Positions 10,189 to 20,188 of a stretch of 52,282 nt of DNA are shown here, piece after piece. Source of the DNA: a virus (Duplodnaviria; Caudoviricetes). The stretch is from positions 1 to 52,282 of the IMG/VR virus record IMGVR_UViG_3300006789_000002; one strand, written 5' to 3'. Within the stretch, counting starts at the first letter, position 1. Each line of letters opens with the position of its first letter. The position numbers and the translations under genes were made by a program. The notes beneath the pieces were generated by a model, which saw only the letters and a program-made list of their open reading frames with translations, did no database searches and was not told the DNA's origin.

Positions 10189-10539
10189 ATGTCTGAAGCT
10201 GTTTCAATAATAACCGAACTAGGGTTTCCCATTGCAGCAGCTTTAGGATTAGGTGTTTTTGTTTGGAAACTAATCAATAGAATTATTGACGGGATGGAAA
10301 CCAAACTTGACACCATGGACGATAAAGTTCAAACAAGTCTTAACACCATGGAGGAGAGAGTCTCCACAAAACTTGATAGTCAGTATGGCATTATAGTAAG
10401 CTTAATAGACAGGGTAAGGGCATTAGACAATCAAAGCATAAGGCAGGATGTTCTTTTGAAGACATTGTTGGGTGTTCCAAACTTAGTTGATATTGACAAG
10501 ATAGCGAAGGCGGATAGAGATGATCAAAGAAAAGATTAA
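10189..10539 (+). CDS. Membrane-anchored coiled-coil protein
   Basis: N-terminal GFPIAAALGLGVFVW helix followed by heptad region. Confidence 0.6.
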   Translation: MSEAVSIITELGFPIAAALGLGVFVWKLINRIIDGMETKLDTMDDKVQTSLNTMEERVSTKLDSQYGIIVSLIDRVRALDNQSIRQDVLLKTLLGVPNLVDIDKIAKADRDDQRKD

Positions 10540-11017
10540 CGAAGAAAGAGAAAAGCTTTTTCTTATAAGAGTTATTTTAACCATTGGGTTATTTCTTTTC
10601 GCAGGAGTTGTTGTTCAAAACATAGAATCCGATGAGATGGTTCATAAATTTAAGTCACCGTCTTTTAGTGGCATAAACACAAGCTCACATTATCTAACAG
10701 TAGAGTCCCAAGAGAATACAAGAAAGATGAGTCTAAAGGCTGAAATAAAAGCTCTGCAAGATCAGATAGCAAGAGATGCCGAAAACACAACGCTGGCACG
10801 TTTTATTCGTAACTTAGAAAGTCGAATATATGCACAGCTTAGTAGACAGCTTGTGGATAACTTGTTTGGTGATACAGCACAAACATCTGGGGTTATAGAG
10901 CTGGAAGGTAATAGGATAGAATATACATCGGATGGAATTGTAATAACCTTAAAAATAACGGACCCAGATGGAAATATCACAGAAATTAGTTTGCCTATCG
11001 GCAGTTTTACTTTCTAG
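10520..11017 (+). CDS. csgF: Curli assembly protein CsgF homologue
   Basis: Hydrophobic leader then MVHKFKSPSFSG...SSHYLT (CsgF N-terminal F-x-NPSFGG-like), LESRIYAQLSRQL, C-terminal TDPDGNITEISLP; adjacent to csgG. Confidence 0.85.
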   Translation: MIKEKINEEREKLFLIRVILTIGLFLFAGVVVQNIESDEMVHKFKSPSFSGINTSSHYLTVESQENTRKMSLKAEIKALQDQIARDAENTTLARFIRNLESRIYAQLSRQLVDNLFGDTAQTSGVIELEGNRIEYTSDGIVITLKITDPDGNITEISLPIGSFTF

Positions 11018-11834
11018 TTGTGCATTAATAGTAGATCCACTAGAAAATAACCTACCACCTTTTCAGCACATAGAAGAAGCACAGATAGATTCTTTGGTTC
11101 TTGCCGAGCTTGCTAATATAAAATCTAATCAAGACGCAAAGCCAATCGTGGCTATATACTCTGGTGGTTTTACAGACCAGACAGGACAAAGAAGAAGTAA
11201 TAGTAACTACGCAACCTTCTCATCTGCGGTCACTCAGGCACCAGACGCATACTTAATAAGAGCACTCAAGCATGCAGGCATTAATCACAATGGGTTCTTT
11301 GAAGTAGTAGAAAGAGTTGGGTTAGACTTTGTAACCAAGGAAAGGCAAATTATTAGAAGCACCAGACAGGAGTTTGGGGAAAAAAAGAAAATGCAACCTT
11401 TAATGTTCGCTGGCTTGATAATGCAAGGCGGTGTGATATCTTATGAAAGTAATGTGAAGAGTGGTGGTGCTGGTGCAAGATATCTAGGCATCGGAATGTC
11501 TAGACAATACAAACAAGACACAGTAACCATATCACTTCGTACCGTTTCCGTAAGTACGGGAAAAGTACTACTAGAAGTATTAGTAACTAAAACAATACTA
11601 AGTGCCTCTATTGACCAAGATATATTTAGATTTATTACTGACAGTACGGAGTTAGTAGAAGTAGAAAGCGGTCTTGTAAGAAATGAATCAATTAACATAG
11701 CACTACAGACAGCAATAGAGACTGCTGTTTTGCAGACTATAAAGGAAGGTGCTCAAAACGGATACTGGAGTATTTATGAAAAGACTAAAACTATTGATTG
11801 CGATGATGCTTGTGTCTCCGCTATACGCGGCTGA
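10968..11834 (+). CDS. csgG: Curli secretion pore lipoprotein CsgG homologue
   Basis: Lipobox LLSSC; DQTGQRR, FSSAVTQ, VVERVGLD..TKERQIIR, GGVISYESN..SGGAGARYLGIG, LRTVSVSTG, TKTILS. Confidence 0.93.
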   Translation: MEISQKLVCLSAVLLSSCALIVDPLENNLPPFQHIEEAQIDSLVLAELANIKSNQDAKPIVAIYSGGFTDQTGQRRSNSNYATFSSAVTQAPDAYLIRALKHAGINHNGFFEVVERVGLDFVTKERQIIRSTRQEFGEKKKMQPLMFAGLIMQGGVISYESNVKSGGAGARYLGIGMSRQYKQDTVTISLRTVSVSTGKVLLEVLVTKTILSASIDQDIFRFITDSTELVEVESGLVRNESINIALQTAIETAVLQTIKEGAQNGYWSIYEKTKTIDCDDACVSAIRG

Positions 11835-12486
11835 TAACGAGATATACATTGATCAAAGCGGTGCAACAGCAAATATAGACCTAGAACAGTTAGGATCAGG
11901 CAACTTAATAGGAGGTCTGTTAGCAGTAGCTGGTCAGATGACCGCAGCAGATTTTGACGGAGGAAGCCTAACCTTAGATGTTAATCAAATAGGTAACACT
12001 AATAAATTTTTAGCAGATGTATATGCAGACTCACTCACAGCGTTTTTTGAGTTTGATGGTGACAGCAATACATACACTCTGACAGTAGACCCAGATAACA
12101 CATATGGTGCTGACAACTCAGACCTTAATGTGGTTGCAACAGGATCATCTAACACATTTACTTTAGATCTAGCGACAACAGGGCTTGCATCTAACACCGA
12201 TCTTGATTGGATAATAAACGGTGACAGCAATACTTTTGATTTTAATATAAACTATGATGGTGCCACCAACTATGTAGATGTGGACGGAGACAGCAACACA
12301 GTTAATTTCACAGGAAGTGGATTTGCAGGTGGTTACTTTTATTTAGATCAACAGGGCAATGGCAGAACATTTAATATCAACCAAGCATCAACTCAGGATA
12401 ACGACTGGCTTAGGATATTATCTAATGGTAATAATGGTACTATTTGTGTCATTCAAAATGACCAAGGTACAAGCACAGGCTGTTGA
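11776..12486 (+). CDS. Secreted curlin-like (CsgA/CsgB-like) beta-repeat protein
   Basis: Signal peptide MKRLKLLIAMMLVSPLYA; DNEIYIDQSG, EQLGSGN, NQIGNTN, GDSNT repeats; directly downstream of csgG; start inferred from GGAG RBS. Confidence 0.7.
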   Translation: MKRLKLLIAMMLVSPLYAADNEIYIDQSGATANIDLEQLGSGNLIGGLLAVAGQMTAADFDGGSLTLDVNQIGNTNKFLADVYADSLTAFFEFDGDSNTYTLTVDPDNTYGADNSDLNVVATGSSNTFTLDLATTGLASNTDLDWIINGDSNTFDFNINYDGATNYVDVDGDSNTVNFTGSGFAGGYFYLDQQGNGRTFNINQASTQDNDWLRILSNGNNGTICVIQNDQGTSTGC

Positions 12487-13513
12487 GGTTGGAAACATAT
12501 CTGAGCTAAACGGCTCTGCACAAATACTAAGAGACAAGCCATACACGGCAGAAGAATCATTTAACATACAGCAGAACGATGAGGCTGTAACAACAAATGG
12601 TCGCATGGCTATAACATTCTTAGATGAATCCCAGGTACGATTAACCGAACATTCACAGCTTGTTGTGGATGAATTTATCTATGACCCAGATCCTAGTAAG
12701 TCAAAGATGGCTATCACCTTTGGTCTTGGTACTGCAAGGTTTATCACTGGAAGCCTTAATAAGATAGATAAAAACAACATAGATCTCAAGACACCCACGG
12801 CAAACATAGCAATCCGTGGTACTGACTTCACAGTTACAGTAGACGAGACTGGAAGATCGCTGTTGATACTTTTACCAGATGAGTTCGGTATATCTAGTGG
12901 AGAGATACTAGTAACTACAGCCATGGGAACAGTAACCCTAAATAAGCCTTACGAGGCAACAACCGTAGATGTTTTTGAAAAGGCTCCAAGCAAGCCAGTT
13001 ATATTAGATCTAACATTAGACCTTATAGATAACATGCTTATCGTCACCCCGCCGAAGGAGCAGGTAGTAGATATAGAAAGGGTTGTTGTTAAAAAAAAGA
13101 ACATACTAGATTTTGATGGATTAGATCAGGACTTCTTAGAAGAGGACTTCCTAAAAGACGATGAGCTGGAGTTTGGCGAGCTAGATATAAACTACCTGGA
13201 TGTTAATTTCTTAGAAGACTTGCTTGATGTCATTGATGCACTAGAGGAGATAAGAGAAGAAGATCAACTAGCTCAAGACGCAACATCTACTAACATAACT
13301 GGAACTAAAATGGGTCAGGATCTCAACACACAGATAACAACATTTCTTACAGGACAAACATTAACATTGTTAAGAAGCGTCAGTGATACCGCAAGGGTAG
13401 ATATAGATGGATCAGGATCCTACACAGTAATATTTATACAGGACGGAACATCTAACATTATTAAGGTTAATGGCGGCAGTGGAAGCACTATTAAAATAAC
13501 TCAGAGTAACTAA
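12359..13513 (+). CDS. Exported FecR-domain protein with acidic C-terminal region
   Basis: VGNISELNG...DEAVTTNGRMAITFLDESQVRLTEHSQLVVDEF...GTARF...KTPTANIAIRGTDF; true start may be a downstream Met. Confidence 0.85.
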   Translation: MAEHLISTKHQLRITTGLGYYLMVIMVLFVSFKMTKVQAQAVEVGNISELNGSAQILRDKPYTAEESFNIQQNDEAVTTNGRMAITFLDESQVRLTEHSQLVVDEFIYDPDPSKSKMAITFGLGTARFITGSLNKIDKNNIDLKTPTANIAIRGTDFTVTVDETGRSLLILLPDEFGISSGEILVTTAMGTVTLNKPYEATTVDVFEKAPSKPVILDLTLDLIDNMLIVTPPKEQVVDIERVVVKKKNILDFDGLDQDFLEEDFLKDDELEFGELDINYLDVNFLEDLLDVIDALEEIREEDQLAQDATSTNITGTKMGQDLNTQITTFLTGQTLTLLRSVSDTARVDIDGSGSYTVIFIQDGTSNIIKVNGGSGSTIKITQSN

Positions 13514-15261
13514 TGAAAAAACTAATATTCTTACTTCTACCTATATTGTCTTTGCCATTGGTGTTTCAATCAACGCCAACAGAAATACTTAAGCTAAAAA
13601 TATTTGATAGCTTGGTTACTAAACAAGATCCTTCTGGATATTTCACAATACTAAACATAACCGAAGATGATATGGATAGAGAGGGAGGATATCCCATACC
13701 GCGTAAGAGGCTTGGCGAGATACATTCAGATATTATGGCAAGGGGAGCTTTGGGTGTTGGTTGGGTTATTTCTTTTCCCCACCCTGATCGACTCGGGGGA
13801 GATAAAGAATTTGCAGAGTCTTTACAACAAGGTACATCAATATTAGCTATGTTTGAAGCCCCAAATCAAATATACCCAAAAACTATTGGAACAGTGATAC
13901 AAGGACCAGATGTTAGTGGTATGTTATCCAAAGGTGTAGTTCAAAATACTAACAACCTTAGAAATTATATACAACAGGGTATTGCAACTGCACCTACTGA
14001 CATAGACAACCTAGTCAGAAGAATGCCCTTACTTTTAAAAACCCCAGACGGTTATGTTAGTTCGTTTGGTACTGAGGTACTCAAAAGCCTTGTTGGTGCA
14101 AAAACCTATATTATAAAAACTAATGATAATGGTATAGAGCAGATAGCAGTAAGGGGACTGCCGCCAATCAAGACAGATAGCCTTGGTCGTAAATGGATTA
14201 GTTGGGTAGATACACCACAAACCGATTTACAAGAAATGAATGTTGAAGGTAAGTTTGTTTTTGTTGGTATTACCGCACCAGGAATCATGCCACAGGTTGC
14301 AACTCCAGTTGGATTATTAGAGCCACACAAAATTCAATCAGCATTATCCGAGTCAATCCTTATAGAAAACTCTCCAATGATCCCAGACTACGCTTTGGCG
14401 TTGGAAATTTTGGTTTTCCTAATTTTTGTCTCTCTGACGTGGCTTGTAATTAACTATCTTGGTATAACCAAGGGCATAAGTATAGCTGTAGTATTGCTAT
14501 TAACCACGGGCTTCTTAGGAGCTTATAGCGTTCAGAGAGGTTATTTAATAGATTTCTCTTGGACTTTTATCTCACAACTCTTAATTTCTGGTATTGCCTT
14601 CTATTTAAACTTTAGAAAACAGTTTAAACTCCGCCAACAGGTCAAAAAACAATTTGAACATTACCTTGATCCAAGACAGGTAAGACAACTACAAAATAAT
14701 CCAGAGCTATTAAAACTAGGAGGAGAAAAAAGATACGCAACATTTCTCTTTACGGACGTAAGAGGATTTACGTCCTTGTCAGAAAAGCTAAAGCCAGAAG
14801 AAGTAACCGAGATAATGAATAAGGTTCTTACCATACAGTCAGATACTGTAAAGTTTTATGATGGAATGGTAGATAAATATATTGGTGATGCAATGATGGC
14901 AATCTTTAATGCACCCTTAGACCTAGAGGGTCATGAACAGGCTGCTGTTTTATGTGCCAAAGAGATACAGGACAAGGTACAACTATCTGGTCTAGGTCTT
15001 GAAATAGGCGTGGGCGTTGCTACAGGATTTGCGGTTATAGGTAACATGGGTAGCTCAACCAGGTTTGATTACACAGCTATCGGCGATTGCGTTAATACCG
15101 CAGCAAGGCTTGAATCTGCCACCAAAGAGGTAGGATTTGACATATTGATAGGAGAAGAGACTGCCAAAAAGTGCGGTTTTGAGTTAAAATTATTAGAACC
15201 AATTAAAGTTAAGGGAAAAGAAAAGCCCTTACAAATTTATACTATTGATTATGGCAGTTAA
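13513..15261 (+). CDS. CHASE2-domain membrane class III adenylate cyclase
   Basis: ILNITEDD...YPIPR...DIDNLVRR (CHASE2), 3 TM helices, FTDVRGFT, VDKYIGDAMMA, DYTAIGDCVNTAARLE. Confidence 0.92.
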   Translation: MKKLIFLLLPILSLPLVFQSTPTEILKLKIFDSLVTKQDPSGYFTILNITEDDMDREGGYPIPRKRLGEIHSDIMARGALGVGWVISFPHPDRLGGDKEFAESLQQGTSILAMFEAPNQIYPKTIGTVIQGPDVSGMLSKGVVQNTNNLRNYIQQGIATAPTDIDNLVRRMPLLLKTPDGYVSSFGTEVLKSLVGAKTYIIKTNDNGIEQIAVRGLPPIKTDSLGRKWISWVDTPQTDLQEMNVEGKFVFVGITAPGIMPQVATPVGLLEPHKIQSALSESILIENSPMIPDYALALEILVFLIFVSLTWLVINYLGITKGISIAVVLLLTTGFLGAYSVQRGYLIDFSWTFISQLLISGIAFYLNFRKQFKLRQQVKKQFEHYLDPRQVRQLQNNPELLKLGGEKRYATFLFTDVRGFTSLSEKLKPEEVTEIMNKVLTIQSDTVKFYDGMVDKYIGDAMMAIFNAPLDLEGHEQAAVLCAKEIQDKVQLSGLGLEIGVGVATGFAVIGNMGSSTRFDYTAIGDCVNTAARLESATKEVGFDILIGEETAKKCGFELKLLEPIKVKGKEKPLQIYTIDYGS

Positions 15262-15394
15262 GATAAAAGTAAAAAGTGTAGATCCACAAAGAAGAAAATC
15301 TAAACGCACTTCAATAGGAAGTTCGTTAAACACTTATCCAAGAAACAAGAATGCTAAAAATCAGTATAAAAAATATAGAGGACAGGGAAGATGA
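15251..15394 (+). CDS. Small basic protein (47 aa, ends KKYRGQGR; not in ORF track)
   Basis: Open frame filling the gap, overlapping both neighbours. Confidence 0.6.
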   Translation: MAVKIKVKSVDPQRRKSKRTSIGSSLNTYPRNKNAKNQYKKYRGQGR

Positions 15395-15876
15395 AGTTTA
15401 AGTTAATAAAAAATTTAGTAGGTGCAGTTGCTCCAACACTAGGCTCTGCATTGGGCGGACCTCTTGGAGGTCAGGCGGCATCAGTGGTAGCAAAGGTGCT
15501 TGGATGTAATGCAGATCCGAAGTCTATCAATAGTGCAATACAAAGTGCAACTCCAGAACAGATGCTGGAGCTCAAAAAGGCAGAGCAGGAATTTGAGGTG
15601 CAGATGAAGGAGCTCGATGTTGATGTTTTTAGATTAGAAGTAGCAGACGGTCAGGACGCAAGAAACAAGTTCAGCAAGGATTGGACAGCTCGTATTATGG
15701 GGGTTGCAGTGGTTGGAGGTTTTATGGGGTATATATTTCTTGTTACTCTACAACCACCAGAGCAGAACTCAGAGGCTTTAATTAATTTAGTTTTAGGATA
15801 TTTGGGTGGATTGGCTAGTGCTGTGATATCTTTTTATTTTGGTGCATCAAATACATCAAATAACGAAAAGGATTAA
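15391..15876 (+). CDS. Membrane protein, holin-like
   Basis: VAPTLGSALGGPLGG, two C-terminal TM helices, ISFYFGAS. Confidence 0.6.
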   Translation: MKFKLIKNLVGAVAPTLGSALGGPLGGQAASVVAKVLGCNADPKSINSAIQSATPEQMLELKKAEQEFEVQMKELDVDVFRLEVADGQDARNKFSKDWTARIMGVAVVGGFMGYIFLVTLQPPEQNSEALINLVLGYLGGLASAVISFYFGASNTSNNEKD

Positions 15877-15878
15877 AA

Positions 15879-17561
15879 GTGGCTGGATTTAAACTAAATA
15901 CATTTGGAGGGCTAAATAAAAAAATAGCCCCAAGACTATTGCCAGAGGATGTTGCTCAAGAAACCTCTAATACATTTTTAGACAGAGGCAGACTTGAAGG
16001 ACTACCGCAGGATCTTAATGATCCATCAGAGGCAGGCTCAACACATCCAGCCTCAAACATAAGTGCCGCAACAAGCACAATATTTAAAGCAACCGACAGT
16101 GCATGGTTTACATTTAATGATGATGTAGATGTTATTAAGAGTCCAATAAGAGAGGATGCATTTAGCAGATTTTACTTTACTGGATTTTCTGGAAGCTCTG
16201 GGTTCCCAAGAATGGTTGATGCTGCAAACGGCATATCAGGAAGTGGTCCTTACCCAGTTACTAGTTATAGATTAGGTTTACCAACTCCAGGTGCATTTAC
16301 TTCTGCTCCAAGCGTTGATAATACAACTGCGGCTGATGGTGCTACAACAAGCTCAAGAGCTTATGTTTATACAGAGATAACAACATTCGGAGAAGAAGGA
16401 CCGCCAAGTCTCGTTACGGCTGCAGAGATCATTGATGCGGCTAATGGATCTACAGTTACTCTGTCACTACCAGCTGGATCAAGTGGTGCTTATTCTATAG
16501 CAAAAAGAAGAATATATAGAACAGATCTAAATGGTGTATTTAGGTTTGTTAGAGATGTTGCTGGTGTGTCATCGGGAACAACAACGGATGCTGTCTTGGA
16601 TGCCTCTCTCGGGGAAGAAATAGAATCAGCAGATAATCTAGCACCGCCAGATGATGTAACATCAGATCACCCAGACGGACCAATGTTTGGAATTACAACA
16701 ATGCCTAACGGTATAACAGCAGGTTTTAGTGGTAACACTTTACTATTTAGTGAACCATTCTTACCACACTCATATCCTTTAGCAAATCAATTAACAACAG
16801 CAACTGACGTTGTAGGTATAACAACTATAGGCTCAGGATTATTAGTTACAACAAAAGGCAAGCCAGTTATAGTTTCTGGTACAGATCCAAGGGCTATGGC
16901 TTCTTTAGAGATAGACGCCAACCTACCAAATACAAATAAAAGATCTTTGGTAGATATGGGTGAGTATGCTATTTATGCATCACCAGACGGCTTGGTATTG
17001 GCAGCAAACTCAGATGTTCAATTAATAACCCAACAAATATTTACTCGTGATCAGTGGCAGGAATATTATCCAAACAATATAGAGGCATATGAATACGAAG
17101 GAAAGTACATAGGCTTTACTTGGGATGGGTCTAACACATCAACAAAGAAGGGATTCTTATTTGATCCTAGGGGTCAGAAGAATGCGTTTATTGATTTAGA
17201 CTTTTATGCACACGCTGGATTTAATGACAGGGAGAACGATGAGCTTTACCTTGTTATTGGAGGAGTCCTTAAGAAGTTTGCTAGATCAACAAGTACAAGA
17301 TCTTACTCTTGGAAATCAAGAGAATTCTATTCAAACAAGCCAATATCCCCAGGCGTAGCAAAAATAAGTGCTGAGTCCTACAGCGATCTTACCTTTAAGT
17401 TATACGCTGATGGATCTCTTAAGCATACTCAGGTGGTCACTAATAATAATATCTTTAGATTACCTGGAGGTTATCAGGCTAAATCATTTTACATAATCAT
17501 TGAGGGTACGGATGCCGTCAATGAGGTTTGTGTATATGAAAGCCCTAGGGAGATAACTTAA
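15879..17561 (+). CDS. Tail nozzle/stabilisation protein
   Basis: FGGL..APRLLP, YVYTEITTFGEEGPPS, RRIYRT, LFSEPFLPHSYP, YASPDGLV, FRLPGG; GTG start. Confidence 0.65.
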   Translation: MAGFKLNTFGGLNKKIAPRLLPEDVAQETSNTFLDRGRLEGLPQDLNDPSEAGSTHPASNISAATSTIFKATDSAWFTFNDDVDVIKSPIREDAFSRFYFTGFSGSSGFPRMVDAANGISGSGPYPVTSYRLGLPTPGAFTSAPSVDNTTAADGATTSSRAYVYTEITTFGEEGPPSLVTAAEIIDAANGSTVTLSLPAGSSGAYSIAKRRIYRTDLNGVFRFVRDVAGVSSGTTTDAVLDASLGEEIESADNLAPPDDVTSDHPDGPMFGITTMPNGITAGFSGNTLLFSEPFLPHSYPLANQLTTATDVVGITTIGSGLLVTTKGKPVIVSGTDPRAMASLEIDANLPNTNKRSLVDMGEYAIYASPDGLVLAANSDVQLITQQIFTRDQWQEYYPNNIEAYEYEGKYIGFTWDGSNTSTKKGFLFDPRGQKNAFIDLDFYAHAGFNDRENDELYLVIGGVLKKFARSTSTRSYSWKSREFYSNKPISPGVAKISAESYSDLTFKLYADGSLKHTQVVTNNNIFRLPGGYQAKSFYIIIEGTDAVNEVCVYESPREIT

Positions 17562-19765
17562 TGGGTAAGCCAAAAGGCACATTCTCAGTACCAAGAAGCT
17601 TTGACTCTGAGCAGAAAAGATTTGCTCAACTGCTTAACGAATCCGTGGCTGTTCTTAAGGGAGAGCTTGGAGATCCTTTAGACGCTGCTGTAACCTATAA
17701 TGATTTAATAAATTCTGGAATTGCAAAGAGAGATCTTCGGATTGGAAGCAATGGATTTATAGGCGGTGGGGGTGGTGGTATTATTCCTGGTGACGGACCT
17801 GTATTAGATATACCGCCAGCACCAACTGGAGTTCAGGTAAACGGAGCATTTCAAAACATACTTATTCAATGGGATAAGCCAACATTTTTTGGATTTTCAT
17901 ACGCTGAAGTATGGGCAGCAACATCTAACACCTTTGCAGATAGAGTTCTCGTTGGAACATCTACAGCGTCTTTATTTTCACATCAGGTGGGTAACGGACA
18001 AACTCGATATTATTGGGTTAGGTTTGTAAATACACAGGATGTGGCAGGACCGTTCAACTCAACAACAGGAATAGGTGATAGTACTGTTATTGATATTGGT
18101 GCACAAATGTCTTTGCTTTCAGAGCAACTTCAAAATCTTCCTGGATATACAGCACTAACAACTTTAATTACTAATGGAGATGTGGCAACTGCTGCGGTTG
18201 CGGCGGTGGTAATTAAGTCAACATCATCTCCAACAACACGAGATAATGGAGACTCATTATCTGCCAATGACATATGGATAGATACCAACGACAATAATCA
18301 GGCTTATTTTAGAAATGCTTCTAATAATTCTTGGGTTGCAGCAAGAGATTCTAATCTTATTAGTTTATACAATAGTTTAAGCTCAACTGTTACTACAAAC
18401 ACTAGCAATATTTCCACTGCTCAATCAGATATAGTAACACTTACAAGCGATACAACCGCAAATGCTTCCGCAATTACAAGTCTAACTTCTACAGTAAATT
18501 CTAATACTTCTGCTATAGCAACCGAGCAAACCACAAGAGCCAATGCGGATACAGCACTTGCAACAGATATAACTAATTTGACATCTACCGTTAGCGGAAA
18601 CACATCTGCTATATCTACAGAAGCAACAACAAGAGCAAACGCAGACTCAGCGTTAGCTACCGATATAACCAACTTAACATCTACTGTAAACTCAAATACA
18701 TCTGCTATATCTACAGAAGCCACAACAAGGGCTAATGCAGATACAGCTAACGCCACGGCTATAAGTAACCTTAGCTCAACAGTTGGAACAACTAATTCCA
18801 ACGTATCTACATTACAAACATCTGTATCTAACTTAGAAGGTGATGCTGATGCAATGTTTGTTATACAAGTCGCCACTGAATCTAATGGCAGTAAGTCAGC
18901 AGCAGGTATGGTTATTGGGTCTAATGCAAGTAGCGGTAGTGGTGCACAGTCATATGTACAGTTCCAGGCTGATAAGTTTGCAATATGGAGTGGATCTACA
19001 AACGTAGCTCCGTTCATTGTTAACAGTGGAACTGTTTTCATAAAAGATGCCATGATTGAAAACGGTGCTATAACAAATGCAAAAATACAAGACGCAACCA
19101 TAGATAATGCGAAAATAACTGCTACATTAGACGCTGCAAAAATAACAGCTGGAACCCTTTCCGCAGATAGACTAGATGCCTCTGTGATACTTTCAACAGA
19201 CTTGGCAACAAACACATCTACTTCTATACACGGTGGTAATATAATTACCAATACTTTAAATGCAGACAAAATAGTAACAAACTCTATTACTGGTACACAG
19301 ATAAATGTTGATACTCTTAATGTAAGACACTTCGATAATGTAAGCTCTGATATAAAAAGTCATACAGGTGCCTTTGTTCCTTTGGGGGTATTTGGTAGTT
19401 CATTTCAAAGAGGATCAACAAACTTTACAACACAAACATCAACAACAGGTACTTACTTATCTACAACTATAGGCGATGTCAGAAATAATGCTAAGTATCA
19501 GGCAATATGGACGGGGGTTTATGGGGACTGCACAAATGGCGTATTAGAATATAGTGTAAATGGCTCGACCTGGGTTCAGGCTGGTGGAGGTATACAAAAT
19601 GTAACTTTTTCAGCAGGAACCTTTAGGACATATGTCTTTGCATACTCAGGAGATATAACTGGTCTATCTGGTAGCTCAACAACTGTTTACTGGCGTGTTA
19701 GATGGATAACTAAACTTAGAAGCACATATCAATCTTTGTATGTGTTTATAGACAATACACAATAA
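17561..19765 (+). CDS. Tail tip/central fibre protein (FN3 + coiled-coil repeats + GpJ C-terminal-like region)
   Basis: PPAPTGV...RYYWVRFVN FN3; TTRANAD repeats; FQADKFAIW..PFIV..VFIKDAMI. Confidence 0.75.
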   Translation: MGKPKGTFSVPRSFDSEQKRFAQLLNESVAVLKGELGDPLDAAVTYNDLINSGIAKRDLRIGSNGFIGGGGGGIIPGDGPVLDIPPAPTGVQVNGAFQNILIQWDKPTFFGFSYAEVWAATSNTFADRVLVGTSTASLFSHQVGNGQTRYYWVRFVNTQDVAGPFNSTTGIGDSTVIDIGAQMSLLSEQLQNLPGYTALTTLITNGDVATAAVAAVVIKSTSSPTTRDNGDSLSANDIWIDTNDNNQAYFRNASNNSWVAARDSNLISLYNSLSSTVTTNTSNISTAQSDIVTLTSDTTANASAITSLTSTVNSNTSAIATEQTTRANADTALATDITNLTSTVSGNTSAISTEATTRANADSALATDITNLTSTVNSNTSAISTEATTRANADTANATAISNLSSTVGTTNSNVSTLQTSVSNLEGDADAMFVIQVATESNGSKSAAGMVIGSNASSGSGAQSYVQFQADKFAIWSGSTNVAPFIVNSGTVFIKDAMIENGAITNAKIQDATIDNAKITATLDAAKITAGTLSADRLDASVILSTDLATNTSTSIHGGNIITNTLNADKIVTNSITGTQINVDTLNVRHFDNVSSDIKSHTGAFVPLGVFGSSFQRGSTNFTTQTSTTGTYLSTTIGDVRNNAKYQAIWTGVYGDCTNGVLEYSVNGSTWVQAGGGIQNVTFSAGTFRTYVFAYSGDITGLSGSSTTVYWRVRWITKLRSTYQSLYVFIDNTQ
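18506..18793 (+). repeat. About three tandem 96-bp (32-aa) coding repeats
   Basis: ACATCTGCTATATCTACAGAAGC at 18602 and 18698; unit TSAI(A/S)TE(Q/A)TTRANAD..LATDITNLTSTV. Confidence 0.85.
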
Positions 19766-19766
19766 A

Positions 19767-20135
19767 ATGACAGAATATACTATATACAAAACAACAACAG
19801 GAGACATAACAACCTGTGGGACTACCAATCTTACTGTTGATGATATTTTTTTAGAAAGCGATCAGTCAATAATAGAAGGACTATATGAGGCAGAAGCTTA
19901 TAAAATAATTGAAGGAAAGGCTGTTCAACAAAACATTTCAATATGGAACTCAATAAGACCAATAAGAAATACAATGTTGTCTGAATCAGATTGGACACAA
20001 TTTCCAGATAGCCCTTTGACAGATAATAAAAAAACAGAATGGTCAACTTATAGACAAGCATTAAGGGATCTGCCATCTAATAATTCAGATGCGACTTCTA
20101 TAGATGATGTAACATTCCCTACAGAACCAGCTTAA
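19767..20135 (+). CDS. Tail fibre assembly chaperone
   Basis: RNTMLSESDWTQFPDSPL...WSTYRQALRDLP...FPTEP. Confidence 0.85.
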   Translation: MTEYTIYKTTTGDITTCGTTNLTVDDIFLESDQSIIEGLYEAEAYKIIEGKAVQQNISIWNSIRPIRNTMLSESDWTQFPDSPLTDNKKTEWSTYRQALRDLPSNNSDATSIDDVTFPTEPA

Positions 20136-20188
20136 TTAGTAATATAATGGTACATAATTATGCAATTTAATGATATCTTACAAGAGAA

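Noticed and set aside
18421-19269. 282-aa antisense ORF, and other minus-strand ORFs within structural genes
   Set aside because: Shadow frames of Thr/Ala/Ser-rich or repetitive genes; no RBS or motifs
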